From: Thermoplasmatales archaeon SM1-50
GTDB lineage: Archaea; Thermoplasmatota; E2; DHVEG-1
Direction: 5' to 3'
NCBI GenBank assembly: GCA_001595945.1
Contig: LSSI01000089.1
Span: 453-64,452, forward strand
DNA: 64,000 nt
In this document: positions 29,540 through 39,412 of the stretch, one piece after another
Layout of the letters: the number at the start of each line of letters is the position of its first letter
How positions within the stretch are numbered: position 1 is the first letter of the stretch
The notes under the pieces: generated by a model
Databases searched by the model: none
Told to the model about the DNA's origin: nothing
What the model saw: only the letters and a program-made list of their open reading frames with translations
Made by a program: the position numbers and the translations under genes

Positions 29540-30793
29540 ATGATTATTAGGAAAAAATATCTAATTTATATCCTAGCTATCGCCTCTTCATTTATAGCTG
29601 CGGCAGTGACTGCGTTAGACAGCTATGTCGGTGCTCAATCACCGTTTATTAAGGATCCGTGGGCGTTTGCATTTGGTCTTTTTTTTGTTGGTGCCATCAT
29701 AACCATCCTTATTATACTGATGCTTTCGATACCGATCCATGGGAAAAGCATCGGTTCAAAGATACTAGATCCCTCGTTTAAAAGAATACGATTCATTCAT
29801 AAAAAAGAACTAACAAACCATCTTATTGCAGGGCTAATGAATGCAGTAAACACAGTAGGGTACTGCGCAATTGTCTCCCAGGTTCAAGACCCTTCGGTAA
29901 TCCTGTCATTTTCTCAGATCGTTATTTTATATCTGCTGCTTATGGAATCAATCACGGAAAAAGACGTACCAACACTCGTTGAAGTCCAATCGTCAGTGAT
30001 CGTCACCTTTGGTGCGATTCTTGCATCGATTAGTCTAACCGGTGGATTTCAATTCATGCCCATTCTTCTTGTATTCATCGTCGTCAATCCCACTTGGGCT
30101 GTATTCTCAATTTATCAACGGAAATTAAAAATCATGAAAATACGCAACAGACCAAATGATTCCATTAACATCAGATTCTGGAACGTCGTCTTTACACTTT
30201 TTTTTACCACCATCATCCTTTTTATTAAGGATATATTTAGTTCAAGTAATCATCTCATCTCAGGGTTGACAAGCTCCATTCACCCATATTATTTCCTTCT
30301 CTTAGCCACTACGATGGGGACAACATTCTTTGCCTATGTCTTATACATTCGTGCCCTTGGATTAGGTAAAGCCAGTGTCAACAATGCGATTCGTGCTTCA
30401 ACAATTATTTTTGCCATTCCGTTCTCCATCCTCCTGTTGAAACTCGGCTATATCACGGAGTTTTCGACAGACCCGGTGATGCTTCTTATAAAAATTATTG
30501 GAATGATTTTGATAATATTAGGTATCGTATCCTTTGCGCTGACAATCATTAAAGCCTACATCTTCATCTCAATAAAACCAGGATATTCGTCCCGAGAGAC
30601 GATGAAAAGTCTCTGGGCGATCCGTGGTGTTACTCATGTTACAGTCACAGCAGGGAGATATGATTTTATCGTGAAGGTCTCCACCCGTACCTTGATGAAA
30701 GGCTATGAGCGCATCATTCGTAAACTTGATGAAATCGATGCTATTAAAAAATACCACTGGGAATCTGTGTTAAAAGAATGGGAGAAAATCTAA
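29540..30793 (+). CDS. Polytopic membrane protein (about 10 TM, EamA/DMT-like) fused to a C-terminal RAM domain
   Basis: Ten hydrophobic helices. The C-terminal 75 aa repeat the RAM pattern of the upstream gene (ISIKPGYSSRETMKSLWAIRGVTHVTVTAGRYDFIVKVS). Confidence 0.5.
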   Translation: MIIRKKYLIYILAIASSFIAAAVTALDSYVGAQSPFIKDPWAFAFGLFFVGAIITILIILMLSIPIHGKSIGSKILDPSFKRIRFIHKKELTNHLIAGLMNAVNTVGYCAIVSQVQDPSVILSFSQIVILYLLLMESITEKDVPTLVEVQSSVIVTFGAILASISLTGGFQFMPILLVFIVVNPTWAVFSIYQRKLKIMKIRNRPNDSINIRFWNVVFTLFFTTIILFIKDIFSSSNHLISGLTSSIHPYYFLLLATTMGTTFFAYVLYIRALGLGKASVNNAIRASTIIFAIPFSILLLKLGYITEFSTDPVMLLIKIIGMILIILGIVSFALTIIKAYIFISIKPGYSSRETMKSLWAIRGVTHVTVTAGRYDFIVKVSTRTLMKGYERIIRKLDEIDAIKKYHWESVLKEWEKI

Positions 30794-30822
30794 ATCAACC
30801 AGAAACTCTTTTATGAGTTCAT

Positions 30823-31953
30823 TTGTTTTCAGATAGGGATTCATATATGATAGACAAGCGATTAGAGAAATATGCTGATATCTTAGTGCGGTATTCATTA
30901 GGGTTAAAGAAAAACGATCTATTTGTCATATCAGGCAGTTTTCTTGCTGCCCCTTTAATTAAAGAGGTGTATCAACAAGCAATAGAAATTGGCGCCCATC
31001 CCTTCACTCATATCGGTATCGATGGTTTGGCAGAGATTTTTTATAAATACTCCTCAGAAAAACAGCTCAAATACGTTTCTCCTCTAAATAAATTCGAAAT
31101 ACAGCAGATAGACACCAGTCTTTCCATCATCAGCCCTGAGAACACGAGAAACATGACTAACATCGACCCAAAAAAACAGGCGATCAGCAGTGTAGCTCAT
31201 CAAGAAATTCATCAGATTTTTCTTAAAAGAGCTGCAAAAAAACAACTGCACTGGTGCGTGACTCAGTATCCCACTCAGGCGGCAGCACAAGATGCTGAGA
31301 TGTCACTTTCTGATTATGAGAATTTTATTTTTAATGCTGCGCATGTGCATGCAAAGGACCCAATAAAATACTGGAGAAATGTTCACAAAGAGCAAGAGAC
31401 AATACGAAAACTACTGAGCACAAAAAAGAGCCTGCATGTTTTTGCCAAAGACACTGATCTTTGTGTTTCTGTTCTAGGAAGGAAATGGATAAACTGCTCG
31501 GGAAGGGAGAATTTTCCAGACGGTGAGGTCTTCACCGGGCCAGTCGAGACCTCAGCAGAGGGATACATCAGCTATTCGTTCCCAGGATCCTATGCCGGCC
31601 GTGAGGTCAATGACATCCAACTCTGGTTCAAGAAGGGCGTTGTAGTGAAAGCAACAGCATCAAAATCAGAACCGTTTCTTCGCACTATGCTTGCCATGGA
31701 TCCTGGTGCAAAACGCCTCGGTGAGTTTGCGTTTGGGACCAACAATGGGATAAAAAGATATACAAAGAACACCTTGTTTGATGAGAAGATCGGTGGGACG
31801 ATTCATCTTGCAGTGGGAAGTGGATACCCTGAGACTGGTAGTAAAAATAAATCTAGTCTGCATTGGGATATGGTCTGTGACCTGCGGAAAAATGGGGAAG
31901 TCTATGCGGATAACGAATTGATTTACAAGAATGGACGATTTCTGCATAGTTAA
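30823..31953 (+). CDS. M29 family aminopeptidase (AmpS/PepS/aminopeptidase T-like)
   Basis: LEKYADILVRYSLG, NFPDGEVFTGP, GEFAFGTNNG and IHLAVGSG align to M29. The true start may be ATG 30847 (MIDKRLEKYA). Confidence 0.75.
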   Translation: MFSDRDSYMIDKRLEKYADILVRYSLGLKKNDLFVISGSFLAAPLIKEVYQQAIEIGAHPFTHIGIDGLAEIFYKYSSEKQLKYVSPLNKFEIQQIDTSLSIISPENTRNMTNIDPKKQAISSVAHQEIHQIFLKRAAKKQLHWCVTQYPTQAAAQDAEMSLSDYENFIFNAAHVHAKDPIKYWRNVHKEQETIRKLLSTKKSLHVFAKDTDLCVSVLGRKWINCSGRENFPDGEVFTGPVETSAEGYISYSFPGSYAGREVNDIQLWFKKGVVVKATASKSEPFLRTMLAMDPGAKRLGEFAFGTNNGIKRYTKNTLFDEKIGGTIHLAVGSGYPETGSKNKSSLHWDMVCDLRKNGEVYADNELIYKNGRFLHS

Positions 31954-32078
31954 AATTATTTTCTTTTCTTTTTTTCAATTTTTCAGCAAATATTTATTCA
32001 GCAAATATTTAAATAGATTATTAATATATCATTGTAAGAGATAAAAAATTAGAGTTATTAATAATTAGGAGGAAGATT

Positions 32079-33881
32079 ATGAAGAAGTTTAATAAAAAAA
32101 ATTTCATTTGCAAAGCCATGTTTTCTTTGGCAATTGCAGGTCTCTTTATCATCCCTGGATCTGCAGAATATATTATAAGAACACAAGGTCATGTTCCCCA
32201 TATAATGAATAGTGGAGGATCGATCATCTATGTTGATGACGATAACACCCAAGGGCCATGGAACGGAAGCATGGAATATCCTTATCAATTCATCCAGGAT
32301 GGGATTGACCATGCTATTGCAGGGGATACCATTTATGTCTTTAACGGCACTTATAAGGAAAATGTTGTTGTAAGTGCCTCACTTGAAATTATCGGTCACG
32401 ACAAAAACAACACGCTTATCACTGGCGATGGGTTTGGTACTGTTGTAAAAATCATCGCAGAGAACGTCACAATTCGTGGGTTTACTATCACCGGCTGCGG
32501 AAAAAATCCAAACAACGCAGGAGTCATGATTCACACACGCAATAACATCATTATCAACAATACCATACAAAAAAACAACTACTATGGACTCTATGTAATA
32601 GAAGCAAATAACACTATCTTTCATAACAATATCATCCAAAATACCTATCAGGTGTTTGACGTCATTGCAGGAAGCACATGGGATGGAGGATATCCAACGG
32701 GAGGCAACTACTGGAGCGACTATATCGGATCTGATGAAACCGAAGATGGGATTGGTGAAGACCCATATCCAACCGGTAATGGTTCTGCTGACGAATATCC
32801 ACTGATCAATCCCTACGGTTCTGTGTTCAATGAGGACACCGGAGAAATTTTCTTGGCAATCCAAGCAGCGATAGATGACTCCGATACACAGAACGGTCAT
32901 GTGATACAGGTGAAGAAGGGGGAATACTCAGAGCATGTCACGGTTAACAAATCACTGTTACTCAAAGGAGAAGATGCAAAAAATACTTTTATTGACGGAA
33001 GAGACATTGGCGATGTGGTAACCATTTGTGGAAATAATGTGCTTCTTGAAGGGTTTTTTATTCAGTATAGTGGAACAGAGGAATACAACGCAGGGATAAT
33101 GGTAAGTGGGAAGAATAACTCCGTTATGAGCAATATCATTTATCAGAATTTCCATGGTATAATACTGAAACATTCTGCAGAGGATACAATAATCTCTTAT
33201 AATCAGATTATGAAAAACAACTGGAATGGGATTACACTTGAAGCGGGATGTAAGGGTGCTTGTATCTTTGAAAATACGATCTCAAGTAACCTTTACGCAG
33301 GGATTGGGATATCCTGCGCATCATATAATTCCATCTATCATAACACCTTTATAACAAATCCCTATCAGGCCTATGATGATGCAACTAATATTTGGGATGA
33401 TGGCTATCCCTCTGGGGGGAACTATTGGGATGATTATACAGGCTCTGATGCTGATGGTGATGGGATTGGCGATACGCCCTATGAAATTCCTAATGGCATG
33501 AACATGGACCATTACCCTCTGATGGCACCTTACACGAACGAAGATACAATCCCACCTCAAATCACAATTATCTCACCGCGAAATGGGCTTTATCTCGCGG
33601 GCCTTCGTTTACTATCTCGGATGTTTCAGCAACGTACCTTGATCGTTGGGGCTATAACCATAGATGTAGACGCATCAGATGCTCAGTCTGGTATTGATAA
33701 AGTCCTATTTTTCATTGATGATACGTATGATCCGGTTTTTGTCGATACTCAAGCACCATATAGCTGGAAATGGTCACGACGAGGATCTCCACTGCAGCAT
33801 AAATTTACCATTATTGTTATTGCATACGACAAGGTAGGCAACCCCAATTACGATATGATTGTAGTAAAAAGATACCTCTAA
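32079..33881 (+). CDS. Secreted right-handed parallel beta-helix repeat protein (NosD/pectate-lyase fold)
   Basis: Signal peptide. Tandem PbH1-type repeats (NIIINNTIQKNNYYGLYV..., NIIYQNFHGIIL...) and duplicated GGNYWSDYIGSDETEDGIGEDPYP / GGNYWDDYTGSDADGDGIGDTPYEIP. Confidence 0.6.
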   Translation: MKKFNKKNFICKAMFSLAIAGLFIIPGSAEYIIRTQGHVPHIMNSGGSIIYVDDDNTQGPWNGSMEYPYQFIQDGIDHAIAGDTIYVFNGTYKENVVVSASLEIIGHDKNNTLITGDGFGTVVKIIAENVTIRGFTITGCGKNPNNAGVMIHTRNNIIINNTIQKNNYYGLYVIEANNTIFHNNIIQNTYQVFDVIAGSTWDGGYPTGGNYWSDYIGSDETEDGIGEDPYPTGNGSADEYPLINPYGSVFNEDTGEIFLAIQAAIDDSDTQNGHVIQVKKGEYSEHVTVNKSLLLKGEDAKNTFIDGRDIGDVVTICGNNVLLEGFFIQYSGTEEYNAGIMVSGKNNSVMSNIIYQNFHGIILKHSAEDTIISYNQIMKNNWNGITLEAGCKGACIFENTISSNLYAGIGISCASYNSIYHNTFITNPYQAYDDATNIWDDGYPSGGNYWDDYTGSDADGDGIGDTPYEIPNGMNMDHYPLMAPYTNEDTIPPQITIISPRNGLYLAGLRLLSRMFQQRTLIVGAITIDVDASDAQSGIDKVLFFIDDTYDPVFVDTQAPYSWKWSRRGSPLQHKFTIIVIAYDKVGNPNYDMIVVKRYL

Positions 33882-33938
33882 CGAATATGAGGTTCATTAC
33901 CATAAAAAACAAATCCCCCCTCTCTGTTATTCCACACA

Positions 33939-34406
33939 ATGAAACTGCTATGTGATCACATGCTTGGTTCACTTGCGAAATGGCTCCGTATTTTTGGTTT
34001 TGACACGATCTATCCTGATTCAACAACAGACGACGAAGCTGTCTTGCGGATTGCCAAAAATGAAAAACGACTGCTTATTTCCCGTGATAAAGAATTAATC
34101 CAAAGAGCAAAAAAAGCGCGCATCAGTGTTCTTGGGGTAAAAACAACGAACCTCATCGAACAATTAAGTCAGGTTCTTACAACAATACCGATTAATGAAA
34201 AAAATATTTTGACTCGCTGTACCCTATGCAATACTCCTCTTCTCTCTGTGGAAAAAAAGAATATTAAGGAACATATTCCTGAAAAGGTTTTTAAAACCCG
34301 AAATGAATTCTGGCTATGCTCTGTCTGTCATAAATATTATTGGATGGGTACGCATTATGAGAACATGATGGAAAAAATCAATAAACTTCTTCACGGTCCA
34401 TCATAA
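33939..34406 (+). CDS. Mut7-C (DUF82) PIN-like RNase domain protein with C-terminal zinc ribbon
   Basis: MKLLCDHMLGSLAKWLRIFGFDT and LISRDKELI match Mut7-C. C-terminal CxxC...CxxC. Confidence 0.6.
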   Translation: MKLLCDHMLGSLAKWLRIFGFDTIYPDSTTDDEAVLRIAKNEKRLLISRDKELIQRAKKARISVLGVKTTNLIEQLSQVLTTIPINEKNILTRCTLCNTPLLSVEKKNIKEHIPEKVFKTRNEFWLCSVCHKYYWMGTHYENMMEKINKLLHGPS

Positions 34407-34409
34407 AAA

Positions 34410-34706
34410 TTATATCATATGGACGATTTGAGCATGCGGGATTCCCTTGATTTTAAGAATACAGCGAGGATCAACCAACCCAAGGCTGATCGCGCAAGCC
34501 ACAGTCTCTTTCCCAACAAGGTTAGCAATGGTTGCATCAAAAAGGAATTTCTCCAAGGTTTTCTTATCGATTCGCTCCCCGTCATAAAAGTGCTTTGCGA
34601 CATCGATTTGAAATTTTCCTTTCCGGAATTTCTTGCCTAAGAGCTGTTCGTCACAAGCGCTGATGACAACGTCATCACCTTGTCGGTAGACTTTGACGCT
34701 AATCAT
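34410..34706 (-). CDS. DUF424 family archaeal protein
   Basis: MISVKVYRQGDDVVISACDEQLLGKKF...ANLVGKETVACAISLGLVD...IKGIPHAQIV fits the DUF424 pattern. The ORF track extends to 34790, but the internal ATG at 34706 fits the family length. Confidence 0.55.
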   Translation of the reverse strand: MISVKVYRQGDDVVISACDEQLLGKKFRKGKFQIDVAKHFYDGERIDKKTLEKFLFDATIANLVGKETVACAISLGLVDPRCILKIKGIPHAQIVHMI

Positions 34707-35158
34707 GATTGTACGATTCCCTTTGTTTACTGTCGCTATGTCTCTATTAGGGTCTTCTGTTTTATATGGATTTCGAAAAAAAGGGGACAAAAGGAATGGT
34801 CAAACACAATTTCTTTTTATCAGTTCACTGAAAAAAGAGTATTAGAAGAAGACCAGTAACGATCAGGAGGCAGGCGATTGTGAATTCCACACGTTTCGTT
34901 TTTGCTGTACGTGTTGTCCTTTTCCCGATCATAGGGCAGCAGATACTTGTCATATCGTTTCTTCGCAAGATCATTTTCATAGGAGTTCCTCACTATGTAC
35001 CTTTGCCTATCACGTTATAAAGGACTTGTTGTACAACTCATACCGATTTTCCATTAAAACAGCGTTTTTCCACTACAATATTCAAGAAAAAAGAACGGGA
35101 ACATTTACGCCGGATTTTTTCCTTAAAAATAAATCGTTAACTTTTTTAGAGAATCTTT

Positions 35159-36430
35159 CTACCGATTCACCTCGATTTCTTCGAGTTCCTTCACTTTCGT
35201 CTCATAGGGATGGAACAAAACCACAACAACGATCGCAAGGATCATCAGTAGTCCTCCAACGACCCAGAACCATTCCATGGTGGGGTTTGCTTCCAACATC
35301 ACAGCTGCAATCACCGGTCCGACGACATATGAGATACGCGCAACGGTCGTTGTCCATCCAAGACAGGCACCTCTCCGTTCCGTTGGGAAGATCTCAGGGA
35401 TATACACGATGACCCAGGCATATGCGAATGCAATGAAAAATCCTGTCAGAGCACCCCAAATTGGCAGTAGAGCTACTGGTCCAAATGCCATTAGAAACAA
35501 TGAGAGAGCAAACCCTGTTGCTCCGGTGATAAATCCTATTTTTCTCCCTATTTTATCCATCACATACCCGCTGGCGATGCCACCAATAATCATCATGATC
35601 CCCGAAGCAAGAAAGACCATGAGCCATTCATTCCGAGCATACCCATGGATTTCCATGAAGTAATACCCCATCCAGCGGATTATAAGAAGAGAGTTAATTA
35701 ACCAACACAGCCAAATTACTGCAGAGAAAAAGATATATTTTATGTCACCTCGATTGATTGACCCGAGTCCAAAGAAATGCTTTTTCAATTTTCCTGATTT
35801 ACGTTCTTCTTTAATTTCTTCATACCGTCCAGTTTCCTTCATGAACACCCAAAAGACAAGCACGGGTATCATGAAGAAAAACATGATCCCGTAAATCCAT
35901 TTCCATCCAAGTGTTGGAATGACATAGAGAGGAATGATTGCTGAGAGGGGAAATAGTCCTATCACATACACAATGGAGCTGAGTTCCGCACGTTTTTTTG
36001 CTGGTGCTTCCTCACTAATTGGAATTGTCCACATGTTTGATACTGTTGTAAAGGTCACGATTGCATAGAAGATCATGAAGAGATGAAACGTTGGGGTGAA
36101 GAATACGATAGCCAGTGATGACAAACCCATGATTAGGATAAGAAGAAGGATTGAAAATTTTCTCCCGATGATATCAACTAGTCCATTGAGTGCGAAAATG
36201 AAGAACGTTGGAACCAGATACAATGCCTCCCACCATGAGAACTGCGAGGCGCTGATTGCATATTCATCAAGGATAGAATTCATGAAGGTGATGGGAACCA
36301 TGGAGAGGTATTGATCCATAATGGCGACAAGCCCCATGAACAATACAAGATAGATGATATATCGTTTCGACCGTGCTTGTATCCCACCACTTATCTTATG
36401 CTGTTCTGACCGCTCCATGGAAAGACTCAT
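35159..36430 (-). CDS. MFS transporter
   Basis: 423 aa, about 12 TM, MFS-like GRKFS loop after TM2. Its start overlaps the stop of the upstream transglutaminase-like gene by 4 nt. Confidence 0.7.
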   Translation of the reverse strand: MSLSMERSEQHKISGGIQARSKRYIIYLVLFMGLVAIMDQYLSMVPITFMNSILDEYAISASQFSWWEALYLVPTFFIFALNGLVDIIGRKFSILLLILIMGLSSLAIVFFTPTFHLFMIFYAIVTFTTVSNMWTIPISEEAPAKKRAELSSIVYVIGLFPLSAIIPLYVIPTLGWKWIYGIMFFFMIPVLVFWVFMKETGRYEEIKEERKSGKLKKHFFGLGSINRGDIKYIFFSAVIWLCWLINSLLIIRWMGYYFMEIHGYARNEWLMVFLASGIMMIIGGIASGYVMDKIGRKIGFITGATGFALSLFLMAFGPVALLPIWGALTGFFIAFAYAWVIVYIPEIFPTERRGACLGWTTTVARISYVVGPVIAAVMLEANPTMEWFWVVGGLLMILAIVVVVLFHPYETKVKELEEIEVNR

Positions 36431-37434
36431 TCTCCGAAAACAATACCTTTAGTGTTAGATAATTCAATTGTTGGGGTTTTTGATTTATGTTTTTTGCGTA
36501 CCATTTTATCATAGGCTTCTTTTCCCCCGGCGTCCTCGATAATTTTTCTGCCTGCAGCATTCTGACGTTGAATACTAATATTGACACGTTCCATAGAGCC
36601 AGGGGCCAGTTTTTTTAATATTTTAGTTCCTATACCTAAGCCATAGGGGATCGATTCCATCGTCTGGGTTGTTCCCGGCAGGGCAAAGAACCAGATGCCA
36701 AGAGACCCCTCACCAAAATGTGTGATCGGGATGCCGCCTGCTGCTTGTCGCTCAGCGGTGGGTCCGACATGCGCAGGTATCCATTTTCCATCAATAAAGG
36801 CTTCTCCTTCCCCTTCCATCATAAAAAACCCCATTTGATCGTACCATTTTTTTACTAAGGGATCCGATCCAACCATCGCATCGTACCATGTTTGAATCAT
36901 GTTCATTGCAAACGTCTTATACCGTGCCTTGATTCCAGCGCACCGACACAATGCGATGAACACTGAGATTAAATGAAAACAGGTTCCTGTACCACGACGT
37001 ATCGTCTCCTCAATGGAGTCCATCTGACAAATTTCTAAATCAAGTTTTTCTTTGACGAATTTAAAGGCAGCTTTTGCGAATTCATAGTCTGTTTTTTGAA
37101 ATGCACCAAGGTGATAAGCAAGAGCAACGACCTCAGGAGTGCACGGATTACAATATAGGGTGGGTCTGAGGTATTTCTCATTTGTCGCACCACATCGCAT
37201 CCCTTCTGTATACAGCGGTAATTCATAGGGTCGTTTTGGTCTCACATATCGTTCCTCGGAACCCTGAATTGTCCGGAGTTTTTTCAAATCACCGGGGTTG
37301 GAAAGTAACACCTTGCTTAACGAAAGGCTACCACCAATCAGCAGTTTCAGATAAGTTCCATGGGGGATGTATTCTCTCTCTTTCATCTCTCGGAAACTTA
37401 ACATATCAGTATGCCCCAGAAAGGTAAGGAGCAT
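36427..37434 (-). CDS. Transglutaminase-like (Cys-His-Asp) superfamily protein, cytoplasmic
   Basis: RGTGTCFHLISVFIALCRCAGIKARY core motif. No signal peptide. Confidence 0.55.
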   Translation of the reverse strand: MLLTFLGHTDMLSFREMKEREYIPHGTYLKLLIGGSLSLSKVLLSNPGDLKKLRTIQGSEERYVRPKRPYELPLYTEGMRCGATNEKYLRPTLYCNPCTPEVVALAYHLGAFQKTDYEFAKAAFKFVKEKLDLEICQMDSIEETIRRGTGTCFHLISVFIALCRCAGIKARYKTFAMNMIQTWYDAMVGSDPLVKKWYDQMGFFMMEGEGEAFIDGKWIPAHVGPTAERQAAGGIPITHFGEGSLGIWFFALPGTTQTMESIPYGLGIGTKILKKLAPGSMERVNISIQRQNAAGRKIIEDAGGKEAYDKMVRKKHKSKTPTIELSNTKGIVFGE

Positions 37435-37865
37435 ATATTCTTTTCCAAATGAAATTTTTTTACAAGAAGAGATACCCCTCTGCGATGAACGTTTTTGTGA
37501 CAGAAAGAACGTGCCTCATTGACATCCATCTCATCAATAAGATACTCAATCAGGGAGGTTTCATATCAAGGTGTTACGTCGACCGACCAGTTCACTCCGC
37601 TACCTTGAGGGAAAAGATATGCCTCCATCAGGCTTGATCTGATAGATTCTAGTTCATAGGTACGACCATGTAATCAGGTTAACGTCGTATTCCATGTTAC
37701 AGCGCTGTCTCGAGACCGAGGTTTGAGAAAAACGTTGTTTGAAATCGATTACGAGTGGTCGTTATCATCTTCAAAAGAACAAACAATACTGCTGTTCATA
37801 GCTCTTTTCGGGATGGATGGAATCATTTCTTTTCGATTAAGTCCCAACAGTGTCAGCATATGCTA

Positions 37866-39242
37866 TTAATCCTTTCCGAGATCCGCAGAAAGCATCCGGC
37901 GGATTTCCTCGGCGCACCCGCGGATTTCTGCGCCGGTCACCCGTTTGATCTCCGGTTCAAGTACTGGGCCAGGGCGGTCACAGACCGGGCAATGCTCCAG
38001 CATTCGAACTTGGTCCCCTGACATGAGGAATCCGGGGTAGCTGAATGCAGCTGCATCCAGGAACGCATAGCGTCCCCATTCCCTGTATCCAATTGGCTTG
38101 TTTTCTTTATCAAGCACCAATGGTTTATAATAATTATAAGGGGCATGAAGGTAATGGCCTTCCGGGCAATGTGTCAGCCAGCCGTTTCCTTCCACCATGC
38201 CGTACAGATCGACACAGAATTTCTCTGGGATGCCAAGGATTTTTTCGACTTGTTTACGGAATTCGACGACCGGGACGCGGACACCTTCGTATGCCTTCCA
38301 TCCACCACCTGTGGCAATCCCACCACGTTCCCCGAAATCAAAGGCGCGGCCTTCTTTCTCGAGCTTCTTCATTACAAAGGAAAGGATGAATGGCGCGCCG
38401 ACAATCGCGATTTTGTGTGTGTTTTTTTCATGGGACTCCAGCCAGCGAATGATGTCATCGATCATTTTTTTGGATTGCCGTTTTGCGGCTAATTTAACGA
38501 TGGAGCTTTTGATGCCCTTCTGATTGGTCATGGTCATCTGGATGAGTTCTGTGGTGATTTCCCGGTCAATCGCGACTTGGACGTCCTGAATCGCATCGAA
38601 ATAGATGGTGCAGACTTTTCCGGCATACACATTGGTTTTTTTCGGGTTTGGCATCAACAGGTACCCATAAAGACTTGGATCCCATAAAGGATAGACCATG
38701 GAAATAACGGATTTTGCTGCGGCAAATTCGGAGGTGTAATAGGTGCGTTGATCCCTCGGGATAAAGGTGTGTCGACCGCTGGTTCCACTGCTGTAGGCGA
38801 CCGCCATTCCTGCTTGGTTGAAGGCGTTGATGACTTCATCGTAGGTCGGGTTTTTCTGGGGAATCACAATCCTGGGGAGTGGTCCGGTGAAAATGTTTCC
38901 CAGCCAGGTTGCAAAATCACGTCCAGTTGGGTAATCTTTATAGAAGGTTTCAGGGATGAGTGGGATTTTCTCTAAATCATCATTGGTGTGAATGTCGGTG
39001 GGGGAGAAATTTCGTTCTTTGCAGAAATTCTGATAGAATTTGTTGTTGTTATATTGGTAGGTGAAGGTATGTTTTATGGATTTGAGTTGCATCTCCTTAG
39101 CTTCTTTGAGGGGGACCCGGTAGAGGTCTATCGTTTTATAGATAGCATCATCCGCTGGTGTCCAGATATCTGATGATGGAAAATATTTTTGCAGTTGAGT
39201 ATGTAACTGTTTCATGTAGGTTGTGAAATCTGGTGTTGCCAT
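37866..39242 (-). CDS. Adenylate-forming enzyme, LuxE/GH3/PaaK-like (acyl-adenylate synthetase superfamily)
   Basis: P-loop-like SSGTSGRHTFIP AMP-binding motif and overall LuxE/GH3-like length of 458 aa. GC-rich codon usage unlike its neighbours. Confidence 0.55.
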   Translation of the reverse strand: MATPDFTTYMKQLHTQLQKYFPSSDIWTPADDAIYKTIDLYRVPLKEAKEMQLKSIKHTFTYQYNNNKFYQNFCKERNFSPTDIHTNDDLEKIPLIPETFYKDYPTGRDFATWLGNIFTGPLPRIVIPQKNPTYDEVINAFNQAGMAVAYSSGTSGRHTFIPRDQRTYYTSEFAAAKSVISMVYPLWDPSLYGYLLMPNPKKTNVYAGKVCTIYFDAIQDVQVAIDREITTELIQMTMTNQKGIKSSIVKLAAKRQSKKMIDDIIRWLESHEKNTHKIAIVGAPFILSFVMKKLEKEGRAFDFGERGGIATGGGWKAYEGVRVPVVEFRKQVEKILGIPEKFCVDLYGMVEGNGWLTHCPEGHYLHAPYNYYKPLVLDKENKPIGYREWGRYAFLDAAAFSYPGFLMSGDQVRMLEHCPVCDRPGPVLEPEIKRVTGAEIRGCAEEIRRMLSADLGKD

Positions 39243-39412
39243 GTATGCTCCTCAGGGCTGATACTGTTTTTTGTAAAAACTCTCCTTAGGAGTTTGGTCA
39301 AAGAAACAATGGTCTCTTTATATTTTTTCGGTATGAATGTTCTTCTGCGATAGTTTCAGTGAACCTGAACCAAGGGTTAAAAACACTAGGGGTCTATTGG
39401 GAAGAGTAATGT

